The position numbers were made by a program, and so were the translations under genes. Positions 21,450 through 30,688 of a stretch of 64,000 nucleotides of DNA are shown one piece after another. Each line of letters begins with the position of its first letter. Positions within the stretch are counted from its first letter, which is position 1. A model generated the notes under the pieces. That model ran no database searches, was not told the origin of the DNA, and saw only the letters and a list, made by a program, of their open reading frames with translations. This stretch comes from Bacteroidales bacterium UBA5072 (GTDB taxonomy: Bacteria; Bacteroidota; Bacteroidia; Bacteroidales; UBA10428): positions 17,968 through 81,967 of the forward strand of contig DIAS01000015.1 in the NCBI GenBank assembly GCA_002415855.1, given 5' to 3'.

Positions 21450-21716
21450 CTATGCTTTCTTCGGATCCCTTGGTTTTTTCATGATGGCCCATATTTCGAA
21501 TGCAAAACCTATCAATACAACAACTGGAGCCAGGGTTATCCTTCTGAAACTGAAGATTTCCTTTTCATTAAAAGTATTGGGATCAGGTGATTTTCCTCCC
21601 ATCATAAGCAGAAAACCGACAATAATGATCACAAATCCAATGATCAGATAAATGTAATTTTCGCGGCTAAAAGCAAAACCGGGAATGGACTCTTTTATTT
21701 CGGACTTTTTTGCCAT
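21450..21716 (-). CDS. DUF3098 small membrane protein
   Basis: FSRENY, two TMs, FSFRRITLAP; usual position after ftsX in Bacteroidota. Confidence 0.9.
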   Translation of the reverse strand: MAKKSEIKESIPGFAFSRENYIYLIIGFVIIIVGFLLMMGGKSPDPNTFNEKEIFSFRRITLAPVVVLIGFAFEIWAIMKKPRDPKKA

Positions 21717-21728
21717 ACGTGTATAGAA

Positions 21729-22604
21729 TTAAGTGTACAGATTGTCTGTCTTCATGTTCAGGTATTTATTAACCGATAACAGGGTGGAGATCCACGCTAT
21801 CAATAGACCTATGACAAGGATGCTGGCAAATACAATACCCAGGATCTGGAAATCGTAAAAGCTGTAGAGACCCTCGAGTTGCTTCTCAGCCATAAAGATC
21901 ACTGCCAGAATCAAAAACATGGCAATGAATGCCGCAACAATTCCCTGGGTCACGCCTTTGATCAGGAAAGGACGTCTGATAACATGGTTGTGCGCACCTA
22001 CCAGTTGCATGGTTCGGATGATAAACCGCTTGGAATACACGGTCAGTCGAATGGTATTGGCGATCAGGGTAACGGCAATCAGAAAGAGCAGTATGCTGAA
22101 TCCCAGAATGGCCAGGCTGATTTTTCGGATATTCAAATTGACCGCATAAACCAAGTCCTTCTGATAGGCAACATCAGCAACCTGAGGATATGCGCGGAAT
22201 TCTTTTTCAAGAACCGCAAAGCTGTCGGGATTGGCGTAAGGTGCCATAAGTTTGACATCGATGGAGGATGGAAGCGGGTTTTCACCAAGAAATTCAACAA
22301 AATCCTCGCCCAGTTCTTTCTTGAAGTCCTCTGCAGCCTTTTCACGGGTAATATAACGGGTTTCCTTAACGGATTTCATTGCATCGAGCGTTTTTTGCAG
22401 GCTGAAAACATCCACCTCCCGCACATCATCGTTGAGGTATACGGATATCCCGATGTTTTCCCTGACATAATCCGATAGTTTTTTGGCATTCAGAACAAGC
22501 ATACCGGCAAGACCCAGCAGAAACAAAACCAGGGTAATACTCACAACGGAAGTTAAATAGGAGGCGGTCAGCCGGCGTTGAATGGTATTGTCTTTTCCCT
22601 GCAT
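21729..22604 (-). CDS. ftsX: Cell division permease-like protein FtsX
   Basis: SITLVLFLLG, GENPLP, NTIRLTVYSKRFIIRTMQLVGA. Confidence 0.93.
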   Translation of the reverse strand: MQGKDNTIQRRLTASYLTSVVSITLVLFLLGLAGMLVLNAKKLSDYVRENIGISVYLNDDVREVDVFSLQKTLDAMKSVKETRYITREKAAEDFKKELGEDFVEFLGENPLPSSIDVKLMAPYANPDSFAVLEKEFRAYPQVADVAYQKDLVYAVNLNIRKISLAILGFSILLFLIAVTLIANTIRLTVYSKRFIIRTMQLVGAHNHVIRRPFLIKGVTQGIVAAFIAMFLILAVIFMAEKQLEGLYSFYDFQILGIVFASILVIGLLIAWISTLLSVNKYLNMKTDNLYT

Positions 22605-22659
22605 CTGTTAACTTTCACCTGCCAAAGATAAAACAATTTCTCAGAAACAGGATTACAAT

Positions 22660-22705
22660 AAAAAACCACCCTTCAGGCGTTTCAGCAAAGCCTGAAGGGT
22701 GGTTT
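22660..22705 (-). terminator. Intrinsic terminator of the YfaP-like lipoprotein gene
   Basis: 16-bp stem aaaccacccttcaggc / gcctgaagggtggttt; the A-run at 22660-22665 gives a U tract on the minus strand. Confidence 0.85.
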
Positions 22706-22729
22706 GGACAGATGATACAAACCCGCAGG

Positions 22730-23710
22730 TTATTTCATCCGTGATGCTTTTACGCTGTTGACGGTCCTTTCTTTTGCAACAGGGAACCTGATTGCCCTGA
22801 ATGTTAAAGCACCGGTACTTTTCATCTGGTTCCCGCTCAGGGTGAACTGCATGACCTGGACACCTGATCCTGAACCACCCCAGTCACCGGTTGAATTTGC
22901 CGGGAAGTATCCGTTATAAGGATTTGTCAGCGATTGCTGCGCGATCAGCTGGCCATCCAGGCGTGCTGTAACGATATAATTGGTTTGTGCTGTGACATAG
23001 CACTCGTCGTAAAGGTCGATTCTTACAGTATAGGTACCGGCTTCAACCGTACTTTCATCTGAATAAGTGATGTTTTCATTCTGAATGCCGTCGATTTCAC
23101 ATCCGGGATTGGAATCCAGATCGAGCTCGCCTCCGTTGGTGGATACCAGGTTGGAATAGTATATCTCCTCACCGTCGGGTTCTACCAGGTGGAGGTCAAC
23201 ATCATTGGGCTGATCCCATGACAGGCTGACCTGTAACTGACCTGTTCCGACCTCAACAATACTGACAGGCAACTCATAGATTGCGCTCACATTGCCATAA
23301 TCATCCACAATGGCAATGATGATCACAAATTCTTCACCGGGGATGCTGGTCGACAAAACCAGGGAAAGCGTATAAACAATGGATGTACTCTTTGTAGCTG
23401 AAAGATATTCAAAGTACCCGCTGGTACCTTCAACACCCACCAGCACTTTTGTGGCCGGAACAGAAGCATACACTGCAATCGGGTTGGAACCACCTTCGAT
23501 CACAGAACTGTTTCCCGTAACATCGGTCACTTCGGGCATGTTATCACCTGTAGAAGCTGCAGGAAATGAACCCGATACAAACGTTGCTCCGTCAACAGAA
23601 AGAAAATCTTTCACACTTGTTTCGTCTTTATCCTTTTTACAGGACCCCAGGCCCAGTAAAATCACACTTGCCACCGCCAGCGCACCGAAAATCTTAAAAT
23701 TTTTACTCAT
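22730..23710 (-). CDS. Lipoprotein with YfaP/DUF2135-like domain
   Basis: Lipobox LGSC followed by KKDKDE; LQVSLSWDQPNDVDLHLVEPDGEEIYY and GGELDLDSN...ENITY match the YfaP-type signature. Confidence 0.75.
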   Translation of the reverse strand: MSKNFKIFGALAVASVILLGLGSCKKDKDETSVKDFLSVDGATFVSGSFPAASTGDNMPEVTDVTGNSSVIEGGSNPIAVYASVPATKVLVGVEGTSGYFEYLSATKSTSIVYTLSLVLSTSIPGEEFVIIIAIVDDYGNVSAIYELPVSIVEVGTGQLQVSLSWDQPNDVDLHLVEPDGEEIYYSNLVSTNGGELDLDSNPGCEIDGIQNENITYSDESTVEAGTYTVRIDLYDECYVTAQTNYIVTARLDGQLIAQQSLTNPYNGYFPANSTGDWGGSGSGVQVMQFTLSGNQMKSTGALTFRAIRFPVAKERTVNSVKASRMK

Positions 23711-23864
23711 AAATCATGAATTAAAAGGTTAATGGAATTGAAATTTCAACAATGAGGTAAATACAAAGTGCAATAATCATAAGTAACGAAAAGATTATCA
23801 AACAGGTTATAATTTACTGGAAATAACTGATAAATAATCTGAAAACTTTGATTAACGTCCGTTT

Positions 23865-24884
23865 TCAGTCCACCAATTCTGTCCAGCTATGCAGGTCGGG
23901 TTCTTCCCCGTTCTGAATGGCAATAAGCTTGTTGTAAAGCCTGGTGGAAACAGGACCGGGGTCACCGTCGCGGCAATATTCGTAGATCTTGTTGTTGTCG
24001 GGATCAACGATTTTTCGGATCGGAGTGATAACAGCTGCAGTACCGCAGGCGCCTACCTCTTCAAAAGTGGGTAATTCCTCGAAGGGAACAGGTCTGCGTT
24101 CTACTTTCAAACCCATGTCTTTGCAAAGCTGCTGCAGGCTCATATTGGTAATGGAAGGAAGAATGGAATTTGATTCCGGTGTGATGTAGCAATTATCCCG
24201 TATGGCAAAGAAATTGGCAGGCCCCGCTTCATCAATGTATTTCTTTTCTTTCGGATCAAGGTAAAGCGTAGTCGAAAAGCCCTGCTGATGTGCAAGTTCC
24301 AGTGAATTCAGACTGGCGGCATAATTGCCGCCGACTTTGAAGCGGCCGGTACCCAATGGGGCCGCCCGGTCAAACCCCCTGCAGACCATTATGTCAACCG
24401 GTCTGAATCCTTCTTTGAAATAAGGGCCGACCGGAGTTACAAAGACCATGAACATGTATTCCCTGGATGGTTTTACGCCCACTTCGGGGCCTGTACCAAT
24501 GAGCAGGGGCCGTATGTAGAGCGATGCACCAAAACCGTAAGGAGGTACAAATCTTTCATTCATTTTCACTGCCATAAAAATGCATTTCCTGAAAATCTCA
24601 GGCGGCACAGGAGCCATTTTTATGCCTTCCGCGGTATCGCTCATACGCCTGGCATTTGCTTCCCACCTGAATACCCTTATTTTGCCGTCAGCACCACGGA
24701 ATGCCTTAAGACCCTCAAAGGCTTCCTGACCATAATGCAGACAAGTGGCAGCCATATGCATATTTATAATTTCCGAAGACGACACTTCAATTTCTCCCCA
24801 TTTCCCGTCTTTAAAATAGCACCTAACGTTATAATCAGTTTTAACATAACCAAAAGGCATGTTTTTCCAGTCGAAAGTTTCCAT
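23865..24884 (-). CDS. ilvE: Branched-chain amino acid aminotransferase
   Basis: LHYGQEAFEGLKA, LYIRP, FKVGGNYAASL (PLP Lys), ILPSIT, GACGTAAVI; start placed at ATG 24884. Confidence 0.95.
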   Translation of the reverse strand: METFDWKNMPFGYVKTDYNVRCYFKDGKWGEIEVSSSEIINMHMAATCLHYGQEAFEGLKAFRGADGKIRVFRWEANARRMSDTAEGIKMAPVPPEIFRKCIFMAVKMNERFVPPYGFGASLYIRPLLIGTGPEVGVKPSREYMFMVFVTPVGPYFKEGFRPVDIMVCRGFDRAAPLGTGRFKVGGNYAASLNSLELAHQQGFSTTLYLDPKEKKYIDEAGPANFFAIRDNCYITPESNSILPSITNMSLQQLCKDMGLKVERRPVPFEELPTFEEVGACGTAAVITPIRKIVDPDNNKIYEYCRDGDPGPVSTRLYNKLIAIQNGEEPDLHSWTELVD

Positions 24885-25038
24885 GGCAGAACGTATGAGA
24901 TTAGGTTTCAAAAATAGACATTTCAAAGCGATCCGCCAATTGGTAAAAGTCATAAAATCATCAAATTTTCATGTTTTTTCACCTGATATTCAAAATAAAC
25001 AAATAATTTTATAGTTTTATGAAAAATATGCATTGAGC

Positions 25039-25875
25039 ATGGAACATGAAAAAAACCTGATTATGGTTACATGGGACTTTACCGAAAAGTCCGTGTATGC
25101 CGTAGAACACGCTGTTCAGATGTCATCGATGATCAATGGTGAAATCGCAGTGGTTCATATTGTTAAAAAAGAACAGGAGATCAGGGATGCAGAAAAGCGC
25201 ATGTCGGATGAAATCAAACAGAGATTCAATGACCCGACCCTGAAATTTTCTTTTGTTGTTCGTGCCGGATCAATCTTTCATACCATCGGAGACCTTGCTA
25301 CCGAGTTGAATACGCTGCTGGTTGTGATGGGCACACACGGTATCATCGGTATGCAGAAATTTCTGGGCAGCTGGGCCCTGAAGGTTATTGCCAGCTCAAA
25401 AGCCCCCTTTATTGTGGTACAGGAATCGCCAAAGAGCGAAGTCATGAAAAACATCGTGCTACCGATCAACTATAAACGCGAAACCAAAGAGTGTGTCAGC
25501 TGGACACATTTCTTTTCAAAAAAATTCGGTACCAAGTTTCACCTTTTCCGTGCTAAATATGCCGACAGTAATTTCCGAAAGGGATTGGATTCCAATATGT
25601 TTTTCATTACAAAATATTTCAACAGCAAGACCATCCGGTTTGAATCTCAAATGGCCGTCGGAGAAAATGATTTCGGGAAGGAGACAGTTCAATACGCCAA
25701 AACAGTTGATGCGGATGCCATTCTGCTGATGACTACACGTGACATTGGCTTTACCGATTATGTGCTGGGACCCCAGGAACAATATATCATCGCCAACAGC
25801 GAAAGAATCCCGGTTATTTGCATCAATCCCAGACCGGCTAAGCTTGGTGGGGGATTCAGCGCAAGTGGGGGATAA
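25039..25875 (+). CDS. Universal stress protein (tandem Usp domains)
   Basis: MVTWDFTEKS...AV.HA, LVVMGTHG...LGSWALKVI, second domain NIVLPINY. Confidence 0.88.
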   Translation: MEHEKNLIMVTWDFTEKSVYAVEHAVQMSSMINGEIAVVHIVKKEQEIRDAEKRMSDEIKQRFNDPTLKFSFVVRAGSIFHTIGDLATELNTLLVVMGTHGIIGMQKFLGSWALKVIASSKAPFIVVQESPKSEVMKNIVLPINYKRETKECVSWTHFFSKKFGTKFHLFRAKYADSNFRKGLDSNMFFITKYFNSKTIRFESQMAVGENDFGKETVQYAKTVDADAILLMTTRDIGFTDYVLGPQEQYIIANSERIPVICINPRPAKLGGGFSASGG

Positions 25876-25961
25876 GGGAAGAAGGTTGATAAAAGGATAG
25901 AACGAAAACAAGGATTTTTCCTTGTTTTTGTTTTTTCGGAAGAAGTGAAATCAAAGCAAGG

Positions 25962-26567
25962 ATGAACAGCAAGGAAAAACCCAGGTTGGTATTCGCCACC
26001 AATAACATGCATAAATTTAAAGAAATTCTTCACGCTATCGGTGACAAAGTTGAACTGCTTAACCTGGCAGACATCGGATTCAAAGGTGACATTCCCGAGG
26101 ACCAGGATACCATTGAAGGCAATGCAACCCAAAAGGCCTTTTTTGTTTATGAGCATTTCGGATTGAATTGTTTTGCTGATGATACGGGACTTGAGATCGA
26201 TGCCCTGCAAGGGGAACCTGGCGTATTTTCCGCCAGGTATGCCGGTGAAAGCTGCTCCTTCGAAGACAACATGAACAAGGTTTTGTCCAGAATGACCGGG
26301 GAAAAAAACCGGAAAGCCAGGTTCCGTACGGTTATTGCACTGGTTGAAAAGGGTAATCTGACGATTTTCCAGGGAGAAATTCAAGGGACTATCCTGCTTG
26401 AAAAGCGAGGAACGGAAGGATTTGGTTATGACCCCATTTTTCAGCCGGAAGGCCGTCAGGAAACATTTGCTGAAATGTCACTCAACGATAAAAACACGAT
26501 ATCACACCGGGCACTTGCCGTTGGTGAGCTGCTTGCCTATTTTTCACGACAGCAGGAGGAAAAATGA
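25962..26567 (+). CDS. rdgB: Non-canonical purine NTP pyrophosphatase (RdgB/HAM1)
   Basis: FATNNMHK, FADDTGLEI, PGVFSARYAG, GFGYDPIF, KNTISHR. Confidence 0.96.
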   Translation: MNSKEKPRLVFATNNMHKFKEILHAIGDKVELLNLADIGFKGDIPEDQDTIEGNATQKAFFVYEHFGLNCFADDTGLEIDALQGEPGVFSARYAGESCSFEDNMNKVLSRMTGEKNRKARFRTVIALVEKGNLTIFQGEIQGTILLEKRGTEGFGYDPIFQPEGRQETFAEMSLNDKNTISHRALAVGELLAYFSRQQEEK

Positions 26568-28861
26568 AAAGAACCAGTATTGTTCTGCTGACTGTAATTG
26601 TCAGCCTGGGATTTACCGGCATCCGTGCACAGATCCCCAACGGGTCCTGGCGCGATCACCTGCCGTACCTTCAGGGCAACAGGCTTGCGGAATATAACGG
26701 GCGGATCTTTTGTGCGACCCTGGGGGGTGGTTTGTTTTCTTTCGATACCCGCGATAACAGCATCCGGAAATATTCCAAGGTAACCGGTTTGTCGGATGCA
26801 GATATTTCCACAATCGGTTACGGCGCCTCTGCCAACATCCTGGTGATCGGTTACAAAAACGGAAACATTGACCTTGTTTCAGGCGACAGCGTTATCAACA
26901 TCCCGGATATCAAGCGGAAGATGATCTCCGGTGAAAAATCGGTCAACAACATCTTTTTCCTCAATAACCAGGCCTATCTGGCCTGTGGATTCGGGATAGT
27001 TCTATGTGACCTTTCCAGACATGAAATCAAGGATTCTTATTTCTTCGGGCCGGGCGGGTCACAAATCTTTGTTAATGATATCACTTTCGACGGGCAGTAT
27101 TTGTATGCCGCCACGGCACAGGGTATTTACAGGGCTGAGTACACCAATCCGAACCTGGTGGATTTCAATGCATGGCACCGCATGGAAAATCTCCCGGACC
27201 CAGGCTCGGAATACCGCTTTCTGGCCTGGCATGATAATCACCTTTTCAGTATTTACCGCAATGCTGTTTCGGGATACGATGAAATCATCACCCTGTCCGA
27301 TTCTGGTTGGGAGGTATGGCCAAATAATTACAACGATGCTTTCAACTACCTCGGGGAACAGCATGGTTACCTGGTGATCTCTTCAACGCTGAGGACCAAG
27401 GTATATGGCAGTCAGGACCAATTGATCCGGGATGTTCTCACGTATTATGCAAATCATTCCCTGTATGACTCCAGGCAACGATTGTGGTATGCTGATCCCT
27501 ATAGCGGGATGGTCAGATTGGATGAAGCAGGAAATGGAGAAGTGATCCATCCGGATGGTCCGGCTTACAGAGACGCCGGTGATATTGAGATTCTCGGAGG
27601 CGAGTTATGGGCCGGCGGCGGAACAGATAACTCCAAATGGTCGGGTTACGGGGCCTATTCTTTTATCGGCGAGGACTGGAACAGCTATAATGAAAATACA
27701 ATTCCCGAATTGGCCGGGTTTCTGAATATTTCTGAGATATCAATCGATCCGATAAACCACGGCCATGTAATTGGCGGTTCTTTTGGATATGGTATAGCCG
27801 AGTTTCAGGATGGCAAGCTGATCGACATAATCGATGAGACAGACGGTGTCCTTCAGCCGGTTCCCGGTTATGATCACGGTTATGTACGGGTTACCGGTAC
27901 TGATTTTGACCAGAACGGAAATCTCTGGATATGCACCTCCAACAGTGAACAGGGCGTGTACCGGCGAAAGGCCGGAGCTGCTCTGGAACCGGTGCAACTC
28001 GATTTTGACGGCTTCGGATTTAACACCACTACCCGTGAACTCATGGTGAGTACGCAGGGCCAGGTATGGATTACCCTGGAAAATGAAGGCGTACTGGTAC
28101 TTCAGGAAAGCGGAGGGACCACTTTACGCGAAAGGTTCTTTATCGTGCGCAACCAGGTACCCAATTTGCTCGATAAGGTATATGCCGTTGCGGAAGACAA
28201 AGAGGGGGATATTTGGGTGGGAACCAACAAGGGTCCGGTGATTTATTATAACGCTGCAGAAGTATTCGATGAGGAGGTGCTCACAGGAATTCAGCCTGAA
28301 ATACCCAGAAATGACGGCACTTCTTTTGTGGACCTGCTTTTGTCCACTGAACGGATCAATGCCATTGCAGTGGACGGAGCCAACCAGAAATGGCTGGCAA
28401 CCGAGAAATCCGGTGTTTTCCTCGTATCACCTGACGGCAGGAAGGAGATTTACCATTTCTCAGAAGAGAACAGCCCGCTATTTTCCAACAATGTACAGAC
28501 GGTGGCGGTTAACGACAAAACAGGCGAAGTCTTTTTTGGTACCGCCAAAGGGATCATTTCCTTCAGGGGAAGGGCGACCGAAGGAGGGGATGATTTCGGG
28601 AACGTGTATGTTTTTCCCAATCCTGTCCGCGAAAACTACCAGGGTGACATTACCGTTACAGGTCTTGTGGAGAATGTCAATGTTAAGATAACCGATATCA
28701 GCGGAAATCTTGTATTCGAAACCGTTGCACTGGGCGGCCAGGCCGTATGGGATGGCAGGAACTTCCGGGGAGAAAGAGTACAGACAGGTGTTTACCTGGT
28801 CTTCTGCACCAATGATGATGGGTCTAAAACCCATGTAACCAAATTGCTGTTTATCCATTAG
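26564..28861 (+). CDS. porZ: PorZ-like type IX secretion component (beta-propellers plus T9SS C-terminal domain)
   Basis: Signal peptide, WRDHLPY, propeller repeats (DKEGDIWVGT, VDGANQKW), CTD VYVFPNPVR...GVYLVF...KLLFIH; rdgB-porZ-recO synteny. Confidence 0.85.
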   Translation: MKRTSIVLLTVIVSLGFTGIRAQIPNGSWRDHLPYLQGNRLAEYNGRIFCATLGGGLFSFDTRDNSIRKYSKVTGLSDADISTIGYGASANILVIGYKNGNIDLVSGDSVINIPDIKRKMISGEKSVNNIFFLNNQAYLACGFGIVLCDLSRHEIKDSYFFGPGGSQIFVNDITFDGQYLYAATAQGIYRAEYTNPNLVDFNAWHRMENLPDPGSEYRFLAWHDNHLFSIYRNAVSGYDEIITLSDSGWEVWPNNYNDAFNYLGEQHGYLVISSTLRTKVYGSQDQLIRDVLTYYANHSLYDSRQRLWYADPYSGMVRLDEAGNGEVIHPDGPAYRDAGDIEILGGELWAGGGTDNSKWSGYGAYSFIGEDWNSYNENTIPELAGFLNISEISIDPINHGHVIGGSFGYGIAEFQDGKLIDIIDETDGVLQPVPGYDHGYVRVTGTDFDQNGNLWICTSNSEQGVYRRKAGAALEPVQLDFDGFGFNTTTRELMVSTQGQVWITLENEGVLVLQESGGTTLRERFFIVRNQVPNLLDKVYAVAEDKEGDIWVGTNKGPVIYYNAAEVFDEEVLTGIQPEIPRNDGTSFVDLLLSTERINAIAVDGANQKWLATEKSGVFLVSPDGRKEIYHFSEENSPLFSNNVQTVAVNDKTGEVFFGTAKGIISFRGRATEGGDDFGNVYVFPNPVRENYQGDITVTGLVENVNVKITDISGNLVFETVALGGQAVWDGRNFRGERVQTGVYLVFCTNDDGSKTHVTKLLFIH

Positions 28862-28887
28862 GAAATGACAACAAAAGGCTGCAGGTC

Positions 28888-29592
28888 ATGCTGAACAAAA
28901 CTCGGGCCATTGTGCTTCATCAGGTCAGATACGGTGAGTCCAGCCTGATCGTAACGCTGTATACTGAAAATCATGGCCGGTTATGCTGTATGGTGAGCGG
29001 CGTGAGATCCAAAAAATCCAGGTTCCCTTCGACCCTTTTTCAGCCGCTTACACTGCTGGAAACGGATTTTTATTACCGGGCCAGCCGCGATCTGCAAAGG
29101 ATGAAGGAGGCAAGCTGCCCCTTTCACTATGCTACTATCCCGTTCAATGTCACCAAAAGCACCATGGCCATGTTCCTGTCGGAAATTCTTTATCTTACCC
29201 TAAGGGAAGAGGAAAGCAATCCGACCTTGTTCTCCTTTCTTTTTCATGCTTTTCAATTACTTGATACCCGGGAGGAAGGGATCGTAAATTTTCACATCTG
29301 GTTTATGCTGATTTATTCCCGGTTTCTTGGAATTTTACCCGGGGGGTTGAACCCTGTCAAAGAGGATACTGTTTCTCCGGATCTCCAGCTCTTTTATGGC
29401 CTCCCGGAAGAGGCTTCTTCGGCTTTGTCGGAATTTCTGGCCAGTCCCCAGGGACCGCCCCCTGACATCCGGCTTTCACATGCCAGCCGGACATTGTTGC
29501 TTGAACGGCTGATCCGCCATTATTCGCTGCATCTGGATGGATTCTCGCGGCTTAAATCCTTTGCTGTTTTGCGGGAAGTCTTTGGACAATAG
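28888..29592 (+). CDS. recO: DNA repair protein RecO
   Basis: KTRAIVLH..RYGESSLIV.LYT..HGR, LFQPL, LKSFAVLREVF. Confidence 0.93.
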   Translation: MLNKTRAIVLHQVRYGESSLIVTLYTENHGRLCCMVSGVRSKKSRFPSTLFQPLTLLETDFYYRASRDLQRMKEASCPFHYATIPFNVTKSTMAMFLSEILYLTLREEESNPTLFSFLFHAFQLLDTREEGIVNFHIWFMLIYSRFLGILPGGLNPVKEDTVSPDLQLFYGLPEEASSALSEFLASPQGPPPDIRLSHASRTLLLERLIRHYSLHLDGFSRLKSFAVLREVFGQ

Positions 29593-29690
29593 CACCTGAG
29601 TATAAAAAGAGTCAGGACCAAAGACTGCAAGGTCGGTGGTAAGAACTGGTTCAAAATATAAGTATAATTTTGCAAGAAGTACAACCGGTA

Positions 29691-29989
29691 ATGAACACGT
29701 TCCGTGAAAAGGAAGAGGGCTCTTATACCCGAAAAACAGGACTTCCGCCTGAAAGTCCTGTATTCACAGGAAAACATAAACCTTCACCTGCTGAATTGGA
29801 AGTGCTGGTTGATGATGACCTGCCGTGCGAAAAAGAACAGATCAGGGAAATCCGGAAACCCGACTTCCTTGTGGATAATAACAAGGTAAATCTATTACAA
29901 TTAATGATTTAGCAGATATTACCTTAATCGAGGCTTTAGGTAAAGCGAATGTATTTCATTATAAAGCGGGACAAATTCTTATAAAATAG
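29691..29989 (+). pseudogene. corA: Frameshifted, truncated N-terminal remnant of a CorA Mg/Co transporter
   Basis: Frame 1 gives RKTGLPPESPVFTG...KVNLL, like the CorA N-terminal KxGLPPG motif. A -1 shift near 29897 continues INDLADITLIEALGK, like CorA WINxxGLxDxxxIExxG. The TM domain is absent. Confidence 0.6.
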
Positions 29990-29992
29990 GTT

Positions 29993-30622
29993 ATGAAGAA
30001 ACAGAACGTCTATCCCTGGCTGGAGATGGCCAAGCGGTTGCAGGCAATTGCCCAGGCGGGGCTTGAGTATTCGGAAAACAAATACGATATTGACAGGTAT
30101 CAGCAGATCAGGCAGCTAAGTTTGGAGATCATGCATGATTTTACGGAATTACCCATGGATAAGCTGATAGATGTGTTTTCATCCGAAAAGGGCTACCAAA
30201 CGCCAAAGGTTGATGTCCGTGGAGTTGTATTCCGGGGTGACCAGATCCTGATGGTCAGGGAGACAATCGATGGTCGCTGGTCGGTGCCCGGGGGCTGGGC
30301 AGATGTGGGGCTGACACCTTTTGAAGTAGCCAGGAAAGAGGTATATGAGGAAGCGGGGTTGGAGGTCAGGCCGATACGGATGCTGGCCGTTCTTGATAAA
30401 AAGTGCCACAGTCATCCGCCCGATCTGTATCACATTTACAAGATTTTCATTCTGTGTGAGGAACTGGGAGGGGACTTAAAAGGCGGTATGGAAACCAGTG
30501 AAACCGGATTTTTCAGTATGGATAACCTGCCTCTCCTTTCAGAGCCGAGAATAACACGGGAGCAGATCACCCTGATGTTTGATTACAGGAATAATCCCGG
30601 CAAAGAGGCAGTCTGTGATTGA
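29993..30622 (+). CDS. NUDIX hydrolase with Nudix_N domain (YjhB-like ADP-ribose pyrophosphatase family)
   Basis: LQAIAQAGL, GYQTPKVDVRG, Nudix box PGGWAD...ARKEVYEEAG. Confidence 0.9.
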   Translation: MKKQNVYPWLEMAKRLQAIAQAGLEYSENKYDIDRYQQIRQLSLEIMHDFTELPMDKLIDVFSSEKGYQTPKVDVRGVVFRGDQILMVRETIDGRWSVPGGWADVGLTPFEVARKEVYEEAGLEVRPIRMLAVLDKKCHSHPPDLYHIYKIFILCEELGGDLKGGMETSETGFFSMDNLPLLSEPRITREQITLMFDYRNNPGKEAVCD

Positions 30623-30688
30623 TTTGGCACAGTCATGCTTACCGAAGGGAAGGATGACAAAAATGCTCAGGACGACAAGGCACTGTTT

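Noticed and set aside
30623-30688. REP-like fragments (gtcatgc...ggatgacaa...gctcaggacgacaa) between the NUDIX gene and carB
   Set aside because: Too short and degenerate to fold convincingly, with no second copy in the window.
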